Assembly (NCBI GenBank): GCA_051745145.1
Contig: JBNJDT010000039.1
Location: 1-14,478, forward strand
DNA: 14,478 nt
Direction: 5' to 3'
DNA from: Elusimicrobiota bacterium
GTDB taxonomy: Bacteria > CG03 > SLGR01 > JAGXOG01
Shown here one piece after another: positions 1 through 7,185 of the stretch (position 1 is its first letter; each line of letters starts with the position of its first letter). The notes beneath the pieces are model-generated. The model was not told the DNA's origin. It did no database searches and saw only the letters and a list, made by a program, of their open reading frames with translations. The translations under genes were made by a program, and so were the position numbers.

Positions 1-190
1 AAAAGTTCCATACTTGACTTTTTTGTTATGCCTTTTTTTCTAACTTAACTATTATATATACAGAAAGTTGGATAAGTTTTTACCTTCCTTACAGCAAGGG
101 GGTAGCAAGACATTTTCACAATGGCTCTAAGACGAAAAAACAGTTTTTACACTATCTTTTTTATTTGAGTTTTAATTGAATAATAGAATA

Positions 191-219
191 ATTTTGGAAT
201 AAGTAACTTTAATTTCCAA
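191..219 (-). promoter_or_regulatory. Possible sigma70-type promoter for the gene downstream of pilC (outside the window)
   Basis: Minus strand TTGGAA (214-219) - 17 bp - CAAAAT (191-196), right after the pilC stop. The -10 is weak and the context is AT-rich. Confidence 0.25.
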
Positions 220-220
220 T

Positions 221-1438
221 TTACATCATGGTACTCATTTCAAAAATCGGCAGGAACATGGCTATTACTATAGCTCCTATGGCTAAACCCATTGCCACTA
301 TTATAATAGGTTCTATCATAGAAGTGAGTCCATCTATGGCGGCATCTACTTCCGAATCGTAAAAGTCAGCTATTTTAGTAAGCATCAGATCCAGATTACC
401 GGTCTCCTCACCTACGGATATCATCTGCATTACCATGGGAGGAAAAACTCCGCTTTCCTGAAGGGGGTCGGCAATTTTCTCTCCCTCCCTTATGGATTCC
501 CGGGCATCCAATACGGCTCCTTCAATAACTTTATTTCCGGAAGTTTTAGCTACAGTCTCCAGGGCTTCTAAAATGGGAACTCCACTTTTTACCAGCGTAC
601 CGAAAGTCCGGGTAAATCTTGCAATAGACACTTTCTTTAATAAAATTCCGAACAGGGGCAATTTCAACAATATAGTGTCAATCTTTTTATTGCCGGATTC
701 AGTTTTATAATAACGCAAAAATCCAACTACAATAAGAACCAATCCCAGAATCATATATAGGATATAACTGCGCAGAAAAGCACTGAAATTTAAAAGTAAC
801 TGGGTGGGCAAAGGCAGTTCCTGCCCGAAACTTTCAAAAACTTCTGCAAAAGTAGGTATTATAACTACCAGTAAAAAAATAGTAACGGCGGTTGCTATAA
901 AACTTATTACAGCCGGATAAACCATAGCGCTTTTTACTTTTCCTTTTAATTCGCTGGCTCCCTCGAGATAGTCGGCTAACCTCTCTAAAATTATATCGAG
1001 AATTCCACCCAATTCTCCGGCTTTTACCATATTTATGAACAGATCGTTAAATGCATCCGGATGTTTTTCCATAGCTACCGCAATAGCTTCCCCGCTTTCT
1101 ATATCTTCTGTGAGTTCTTCAACTATTTCCTTAAAATAAGGATTTTCTATCTGCCTGGAGAGAATGGAAAGTCCCTGAACTATGGGAACACCGGCGCTTA
1201 CCATAGTTGAAAGCTGCCTGGAGAATATTACTAAATCCTTTCCTTTAACCTTACCGGAAAAGGGATTAATTTTATCGAATATTTCTTTTACGGAGCTCTC
1301 TTTTTTTTCCTTAACTTCCAGGACTATCATGCGTTTGTCCCGCAACCGGTCGACCACTGTTCCCTTGCTATTGACTTCCATCTCCCCCTCAACCGTATTT
1401 CCGGAAGGCGTCTTAGCCTGATAAGTAAAAATGGGCAT
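221..1438 (-). CDS. pilC: Type IV pilus inner-membrane platform protein PilC (T2SS GspF family)
   Basis: 405 aa with two T2SSF repeats (FSRQLSTMVSAGVPI...GELGGILD; FTRTFGTLVKSGVPI...GEETGNLD), three hydrophobic segments and a C-terminal AMFLPIF. Its start overlaps the pilT stop (TAATG). Confidence 0.96.
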   Translation of the reverse strand: MPIFTYQAKTPSGNTVEGEMEVNSKGTVVDRLRDKRMIVLEVKEKKESSVKEIFDKINPFSGKVKGKDLVIFSRQLSTMVSAGVPIVQGLSILSRQIENPYFKEIVEELTEDIESGEAIAVAMEKHPDAFNDLFINMVKAGELGGILDIILERLADYLEGASELKGKVKSAMVYPAVISFIATAVTIFLLVVIIPTFAEVFESFGQELPLPTQLLLNFSAFLRSYILYMILGLVLIVVGFLRYYKTESGNKKIDTILLKLPLFGILLKKVSIARFTRTFGTLVKSGVPILEALETVAKTSGNKVIEGAVLDARESIREGEKIADPLQESGVFPPMVMQMISVGEETGNLDLMLTKIADFYDSEVDAAIDGLTSMIEPIIIVAMGLAIGAIVIAMFLPIFEMSTMM

Positions 1439-2514
1439 TATCTATTTAACTTACCTATTGCTCTTTTCATCTCTTTTTTATCACTGCATTGAAACATGGC
1501 CTGCTTATAAGTAATCTCACCTTTTTTGTATAATCTAAGCAGTGCCCGGTTCATAGTCTGCATACCTACAGCCCCACCGGTCTGCATAGCAGAATGTATC
1601 TGCTCTGTTTTGTCTTCCCGGATTAAGTTCCTTATCCTGGGTGTAATCATTAAAACCTCTACGGCCAGCGTTCTGCCGCCGCCTTTTTGTTCTCTTTTTG
1701 CCAGTAATTTTTGACAGAATATAGCCTGAAAAACTAAAGACAACTGACTTCTTACCTGGGTCTGTTGATGGGGAGGAAAAACATCTATAATCCTATTTAC
1801 AGTCTGGGGAGCATCGGGTGTATGCAAAGTGGCAAATACCAGATGTCCGGTTTCAGCTATGGTCAGAGCCGATGAAATTGTTTCCCGGTCTCTCATTTCT
1901 CCTACCATTATAATATCCGGGTCCTGCCGCAGAGAATATTTAAGGGCCTGGGGATATGTTTTTGTATCACCGCCCAATTCCCGCTGACTTACAACGCATT
2001 TTTTATGATCATGGGAGTATTCTATGGGATCCTCTATGGTAACGATATGGGAAGTGCGGTTTTCATTTAAATAATCTATTATGGAAGCCAGGGTAGTTGA
2101 TTTTCCGCTGCCGGTGGGGCCGGTTATTAAAACAAGTCCCATGGGAAGTTTCACCACATCATTAACAGCGCCCGGAAGTCCTAGCTCTTCAAAAGAAAAA
2201 ATTTTGTTGGGGATCGCTCTTAAAGAAGCACACACCGCGCCCCTCTGGAGAAAGACGTTCATTCTTATTCTGCCCAAATTCTGCAAACTTAAAGAAAGAT
2301 CCAGTTCCTTTTCAGCTTCAAACTCTTCTATCTGTTCTTTGGTAAGTATACTGTAAATCATATTCTGGCACTGTTTTTTAGTCAGATTTTCATCTTCCAG
2401 TTTTTTTAGTTCACCATCTATTCTGAAAACCGGAGGTACGCCGTTGTGAATATGAAGATCCGAAGCTCCCTGTTTAAACATAAATTCTAACAATTTGTCA
2501 ATTGCAACTGTCAT
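1438..2514 (-). CDS. pilT: Type IV pilus retraction ATPase PilT
   Basis: 358 aa: GASDLH N-terminus, Walker A GPTGSGKST, Asp box TIEDPIE, Walker B DIIMVGEMRD, His box GHLVFATLH, and the PilT-type RIRNLIRE (AIRNLIRE-like) and GMQTM motifs. Confidence 0.96.
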   Translation of the reverse strand: MTVAIDKLLEFMFKQGASDLHIHNGVPPVFRIDGELKKLEDENLTKKQCQNMIYSILTKEQIEEFEAEKELDLSLSLQNLGRIRMNVFLQRGAVCASLRAIPNKIFSFEELGLPGAVNDVVKLPMGLVLITGPTGSGKSTTLASIIDYLNENRTSHIVTIEDPIEYSHDHKKCVVSQRELGGDTKTYPQALKYSLRQDPDIIMVGEMRDRETISSALTIAETGHLVFATLHTPDAPQTVNRIIDVFPPHQQTQVRSQLSLVFQAIFCQKLLAKREQKGGGRTLAVEVLMITPRIRNLIREDKTEQIHSAMQTGGAVGMQTMNRALLRLYKKGEITYKQAMFQCSDKKEMKRAIGKLNR

Positions 2515-2592
2515 TCTTCCCTCTCTTCTTTTTTATTTTTTTTCGATCTATATTTTCCTTTTTCAGTAGCTATAACTTTTCTCTCTTATGTA

Positions 2593-2621
2593 ATTTTACT
2601 ATAATTTAATTTGTCTGTAAA
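2593..2621 (-). promoter_or_regulatory. Putative sigma70 promoter for pilT-pilC
   Basis: Minus strand TTTACA (2616-2621, inside the pta 3' end) - 17 bp - TAAAAT (2593-2598), followed by a purine-rich leader ending GAGAGGGAAGA-ATG. Confidence 0.5.
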
Positions 2622-3472
2622 ACAGTAAAAGCCGTAACATTGACGATATCATCCACGCTGCATCCCCGGGAAAGATCATTTACCGGTTTTTTAAATCCCT
2701 GTAAAATTGGTCCAACCGCGCTGTAATTTCCCAGCCGTTCGGTTATTTTATAAGCGATATTTCCAGCATTTAAATCAGGAAATATTAAAATATTGGCCTT
2801 CCCCTTTAAAGTGCCGTTTTTATCTTTTCTTCTTGCAACACCGGGAACAACGGCTGAATCCAGCTGAAGTTCTCCATCGTATAAAAAATCGGTATTTTCT
2901 TTATCAAGATTTTCTTTAGCATTTTTAACTTTATCAATAAGTTTGTGCTTTGCACTGCCTTTAGTGGAAAAAGACAATAGAGCCACCCGCGGGTACCAGC
3001 CGAGTATTTTCTTTGCGTTTTCTGCCGTCTGCTTTGTAATTTCAGCTAATTGCTGAGAATCCGGTTCAGGTATAACCGCACAGTCAGCAAATAGATAGGC
3101 TCCCTCCTGGCCCAGATCTGTATCTGAACCGGTCATAAGAAAAAAAGAAGAGACCACATTATTGTTTTCCTTAATCCCAATGGTTCTTAAAGAATTCCTT
3201 ATAACTGAAGCAGTTTTATACCGGGCCCCGGCAACCATTCCGTCGCATTTATTATCCGCAACAAGACTGCAGGCCTTTCTCAGGGGTTTTTTAGTGGCCG
3301 GTTCGGTCTGCATGTTGTCTATTTTTTTATCAGTTAAAACCAGGGGGCGGGCTATATTCTCCCGGGCTACTATTTTTGCCGCTTCAACTATGCGTTCATC
3401 TTTCCCCTCGGGAAAAACTATGAGTTTATCTTTATTTTTTGCCTCTTCTTTAATTTTATTTAACCAGTTCAT
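2606..3472 (-). CDS. pta: Phosphate acetyltransferase (phosphotransacetylase), short form
   Basis: 288 aa with IVFPEG, DGMVAGA, VSSFFLM, FADCAV, PRVALLSFSTKGS, DGELQLDSA, ANILIFPDLNAGNIAYK, GPILQG and the catalytic NDLSRGCS..D motif. Confidence 0.9.
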   Translation of the reverse strand: MNWLNKIKEEAKNKDKLIVFPEGKDERIVEAAKIVARENIARPLVLTDKKIDNMQTEPATKKPLRKACSLVADNKCDGMVAGARYKTASVIRNSLRTIGIKENNNVVSSFFLMTGSDTDLGQEGAYLFADCAVIPEPDSQQLAEITKQTAENAKKILGWYPRVALLSFSTKGSAKHKLIDKVKNAKENLDKENTDFLYDGELQLDSAVVPGVARRKDKNGTLKGKANILIFPDLNAGNIAYKITERLGNYSAVGPILQGFKKPVNDLSRGCSVDDIVNVTAFTVLQTN

Positions 3473-3478
3473 TTGTAC

Positions 3479-3507
3479 ATAGTAATTGAAAGTTTTATAA
3501 ATTTCAA
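3479..3507 (-). promoter_or_regulatory. Putative sigma70 promoter giving a leaderless pta transcript
   Basis: Minus strand TTGAAA (3502-3507) - 17 bp - TACTAT (3479-3484) - 6 nt - ATG. No Shine-Dalgarno. Confidence 0.55.
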
Positions 3508-3511
3508 AATA

Positions 3512-4009
3512 TTATTTATTACCTCTATTTTTATCCAATTTGTCAGCCAGATATTTTTCCACAATATCCGGGACCAGGCCGTCGATATTCCCTCCAAAAG
3601 AATAGACTTCTTTTATCAGTGAAGATGACAGATAGGAAAATTCCGGCGAAGGCATGAGATAAACGGATTGAATATCCGGATTTAATTTCCTGTTCATCAG
3701 AGCCATTTGAAATTCATACTCAAAATCCGATACCGCTCTTAGTCCTCTTAAAATTGTCTGAGCCTGAACTTCCCGGGCCAGATTCACCAGCAAACCGTCA
3801 TAGCTGACTATATCAATCTTTTCATCATTTTTATATAAATGAGATAGCATTTCTTTTCGTTCCTCTACTGAAAACAGAACAGATTTATCCGTATTAATCA
3901 TTACCGCTATCACTACCCGGTCAAAAATTGACAGGGCCCTTTTTACAAGGTCCAGATGCCCGTTAGTGGGAGGATCAAAACTGCCTGGATATAATGTTGT
4001 TTTTTTCAT
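3512..4009 (-). CDS. coaD: Pantetheine-phosphate adenylyltransferase
   Basis: 165 aa with YPGSFDPPTNGH, RGLRAVSDFEYE, MALMN and YLSSSLIKE motifs. Confidence 0.97.
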   Translation of the reverse strand: MKKTTLYPGSFDPPTNGHLDLVKRALSIFDRVVIAVMINTDKSVLFSVEERKEMLSHLYKNDEKIDIVSYDGLLVNLAREVQAQTILRGLRAVSDFEYEFQMALMNRKLNPDIQSVYLMPSPEFSYLSSSLIKEVYSFGGNIDGLVPDIVEKYLADKLDKNRGNK

Positions 4010-4018
4010 ATTTTATAT

Positions 4019-4047
4019 ATTATAACGTAGTTTCTGTTTTAATTCAA
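4019..4047 (-). promoter_or_regulatory. Putative sigma70 promoter for coaD (near-leaderless)
   Basis: Minus strand TTGAAT (4042-4047) - 17 bp - TATAAT (4019-4024) - 9 nt - ATG. No Shine-Dalgarno. Confidence 0.6.
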
Positions 4048-4053
4048 CCGGAT

Positions 4054-7000
4054 TTACTCGCTTAAAGATTTAAAATACTCTTCTATTAGCTTTTTATACT
4101 CTGCCGGATGCTCTTCCTTTAAAGCTTCCAGAATAAGCTTTCTGTATTCTTCATCTTCTATTTTATCAGTTATACCCGGTATTTCCACATGGCCCTCCCT
4201 GGCGCCCCGTCTTCCCGAGCGACCCATTGACCTTTTAAAAGTATAACCTCCTCCGGCTTGAGATTGTTGAGAAAGTTTTTCCATAGACTGTCTTAACCGG
4301 GACATACTGTTGTCGGCGTCTTTTAGATAAGAGAGTGCTTTTCTTTGAGATACCACCGAATCTCCGGGGCGGACTTTTTCAAGTTTATTAGCCGAGTTTC
4401 CCATTTCACCGGCGGCTTTTTCTATGTTATCCGGTAAATCTGTTTTCATAAGCGCTGAAAAATGTTCCATTGCCGACATACCTTCTTTTACTTCCTCAAG
4501 ACCCTCTTTAATATTCAGCTGTTCTTCAGACATATTCTTTAAGCTTTGGAGATTCTTGCTGTTCATTAAATTTTCATTATCGGGCTGCTCTTTTAACGAC
4601 TCTTTAAATTTTTCCAGTTTTTCCCTTTTCCAGTCTTCAGAAAGATTTTCTTTTATTTCATCCAAATACTCTTCCGTTCTGTAGAGATATTCTTTAGAAA
4701 ATTCGCGGTCAATTTCTTGTGTCTTTTGATTTCTTAGATTTAAAGTACTTTTAAGTACCTGAAACTCCTGTTTTAAATCCTCCAGTTTTTTCTCACCGTA
4801 TTTTTCTTTTTGTTCGGAGAGTTCATCTCTTTGAGAAACTGTCTTTTCAAGTAGTTTTTCCTGTTTTTCAATTTTATCCTTTATCTTATTTTGAAGTTCA
4901 CTGCTTAAATTATCAAATTTCTCCTGCTGATTATCCATAATTTCAGACGAAGCTGTATTTATATTTTCCATAATATTTTTTAATGAATTAACCATCTCAT
5001 CCATTAGCCGGGAAGCTTTTTCGTAATCCCCCTCCTGGAGAGCCTTCATAAGAGAGTCCATATTTTCGCCGGGTTTCTCAAAATCCGTATTCTTTATACT
5101 CTCTTTATTTATAAATTCTTCGGGCAGTTCATCGGGGAATTTGCTAACCATTTTTTGCATTTCTTCCATTAAATTCTGAAGTTTCTGTAATTTATTTACA
5201 ATGTTTTGGGGAGTTACATTATCCTCTTTCAGGGCATCTGATAATTCCCTGGCTTTTTCGAGAGAATCTGATGCCGTAGAATTCAAATCACTCATTTTTT
5301 GTCTTTTAGCCGTATCCTCGGCTATGCGCATCATGCGTTCTAAATTTTTGGTTATATCCCCGGAATTTTTAGCGGCCCGGCCTTTATCATTTTTCTGCAG
5401 GGCCTCTTTAACGGAGGGAACTTTATTTTCAAGAAGCTCTTTTGTCATTTCTTCCATACTTTCAAATTCCGCCCGGGTATCCTCCCGGGTATAAGGATCG
5501 TCGGACATACTCTCTGTCAGCTTCTCAGAAAAATCTTTTAAATTTTCAAGTTCTTCAAAAGTATTTTCAAGATTTTCCTCTGCCTTTTTAAAATTCTCTT
5601 TACTTACTTCTCCTTCTAATTCATAACTTTTTTCAAGGGATTTTAATATCTTATCCTGAATTTCTTTTACATCCTCCATAACTTTATCGTGCTTTTCCCT
5701 AAACCCCTTTATCTCCAGCTGCTGTTCGTAGCTGTATCCTGTGCCGGGGCCGTATAAAGAATTGTTATCCACAACCTTTATCCGGTAATTAATCAGCCCC
5801 CCTTCTGTAGCATCCGTATCAGATATATCCCAGTTGTAGTTAAAATAGGCCGATTTTTCGGCCTCTTCAAAACTTTTGATCCTGATCTGTTTTTCCTGCC
5901 CCCCTATTCCCAGATAATAGATAAGATACAGTTTTTCAACTCCGACATCGTCGCTGAACTCTCCCTCGATTTTAACGCGGGCGTCCGGCGAAACTTTAAG
6001 ATATTCCTCGGGATATATTAAGTCCACCTCCGGCGGTCTGTCAACCAGGATATCTATGGGATACTGTATATTGCCTTTGTTCTGTATACCGTCTTCTCCT
6101 TTTAAAAAAACCGTATAGTTTTTCTGCTCCTCAAGAACAAAAGAAGTTTCCATCTTTTTATTATCCACCAAAGTTAAATAGTGTTTTTCACCGCCGGTTT
6201 TGACATGCCCCTCTTTTATATTACGGGTAGCTTTAATATTTAACCGGACCCGGGTTCCCCGGAGAGCTTCTATTCTTCTGTCTTTTACAGTTTCCGGTTC
6301 TCTGTTGGTATAATCGGGATATATATATTTTAAGGATATTTCCTCTACCTGTGGGGGGTAGACCGGCTCTATTTTATACCATTTAGAACTTTTTCGCCCG
6401 GCCTGAATTTCCACCCGGAATTTTATTTCACTTTCAATATTTTTTATCTTATATGAGAAACTTTCCTGACCGGTTTTATCTGCCGGTTCGGTATAAGTAG
6501 AATCCATCCGCTCAATTTTTAAAACCGGAGAATGCCAGTTAGTCTTTAAATCAATATTAACACTATCTCCCATTGAAACTTGCCGGGAAACAGGAGAAAC
6601 GCTAATATAATACTGTGAAGTAGTAAATACTTTTTCCTTAAATTCCGTAAATAACCCTTTTACTGCCGGAGGTCCGGATGCTATTAATATTACGCCGGTT
6701 AAAATTATTGCCCCTAACTTTAAGCTTTCTCTGAAAAATTGTTTGAGATTTAACACCGAGGGCTCTATACTGTCAGTAACCTCTTTAGCCCTTTGCATAA
6801 CCCTTGCAATTACCTCTTTGGCTACCGGATTGTCATACCGGTTTTTATTATTCCACAGGGATTTTGCATTTATTATTATATCTTCTTCTTCAGGAAACTT
6901 TTGTTCAATCTCCTTAAAAATATATCTTAAGGAGAGAACTTTTTTCTCATGTATTTTATATAATTTATATATTAACCCCCCGGTAATTATCCCCCACGTA

Positions 7001-7182
7001 CCATAAAAAATTAATTTCATATATAAACCGGGTATTTCAAAAAAAGCCGTAAGTCCCGTCAGAAAAGCTGTGAGAATAGTCAGAAAAATAAGATATCTGA
7101 CAAAAATAATTCCATAAGTACGAAAAAACTGACGCCGTTTAAGGTTCTTTATATAATTGTCTATTTTCTTTATTTCAGACAT
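4054..7182 (-). CDS. DUF4175-like membrane-anchored protein with Ig-like domains and a long coiled-coil C-terminus
   Basis: 1042 aa: about three N-terminal TM segments; a beta-rich region with YPDYT, GTRV, DRPPEV, DDVGV and DNN..GPG motifs; about 500 aa of E/K/Q/M-rich helices; C-terminal PAEYKKLIEEYFKSL. Context next to DUF4159 and vWA genes fits. Confidence 0.7.
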   Translation of the reverse strand: MSEIKKIDNYIKNLKRRQFFRTYGIIFVRYLIFLTILTAFLTGLTAFFEIPGLYMKLIFYGTWGIITGGLIYKLYKIHEKKVLSLRYIFKEIEQKFPEEEDIIINAKSLWNNKNRYDNPVAKEVIARVMQRAKEVTDSIEPSVLNLKQFFRESLKLGAIILTGVILIASGPPAVKGLFTEFKEKVFTTSQYYISVSPVSRQVSMGDSVNIDLKTNWHSPVLKIERMDSTYTEPADKTGQESFSYKIKNIESEIKFRVEIQAGRKSSKWYKIEPVYPPQVEEISLKYIYPDYTNREPETVKDRRIEALRGTRVRLNIKATRNIKEGHVKTGGEKHYLTLVDNKKMETSFVLEEQKNYTVFLKGEDGIQNKGNIQYPIDILVDRPPEVDLIYPEEYLKVSPDARVKIEGEFSDDVGVEKLYLIYYLGIGGQEKQIRIKSFEEAEKSAYFNYNWDISDTDATEGGLINYRIKVVDNNSLYGPGTGYSYEQQLEIKGFREKHDKVMEDVKEIQDKILKSLEKSYELEGEVSKENFKKAEENLENTFEELENLKDFSEKLTESMSDDPYTREDTRAEFESMEEMTKELLENKVPSVKEALQKNDKGRAAKNSGDITKNLERMMRIAEDTAKRQKMSDLNSTASDSLEKARELSDALKEDNVTPQNIVNKLQKLQNLMEEMQKMVSKFPDELPEEFINKESIKNTDFEKPGENMDSLMKALQEGDYEKASRLMDEMVNSLKNIMENINTASSEIMDNQQEKFDNLSSELQNKIKDKIEKQEKLLEKTVSQRDELSEQKEKYGEKKLEDLKQEFQVLKSTLNLRNQKTQEIDREFSKEYLYRTEEYLDEIKENLSEDWKREKLEKFKESLKEQPDNENLMNSKNLQSLKNMSEEQLNIKEGLEEVKEGMSAMEHFSALMKTDLPDNIEKAAGEMGNSANKLEKVRPGDSVVSQRKALSYLKDADNSMSRLRQSMEKLSQQSQAGGGYTFKRSMGRSGRRGAREGHVEIPGITDKIEDEEYRKLILEALKEEHPAEYKKLIEEYFKSLSE

Positions 7183-7185
7183 GGA

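Noticed and set aside
1..11. Possible start (ATG GAA CTT) of a next minus-strand gene such as prepilin peptidase
   Set aside because: Only three codons are visible and there is no SD, so it cannot be supported.
67..75. DnaA-box-like TTATCCAAC on the minus strand
   Set aside because: Two mismatches to TTATCCACA and no cluster of boxes.
81..104. Imperfect hairpin TACCTTCCTT-ACAGC-AAGGGGGTA as a pilC terminator or small RNA
   Set aside because: It needs a bulge and a G-U pair that works only on the plus strand, and no U-tract follows it on either strand.
1..220. Sigma54 promoter for a downstream pilin gene
   Set aside because: No correctly spaced GG-N10-GC (TGGCAC-N5-TTGC) element was found.
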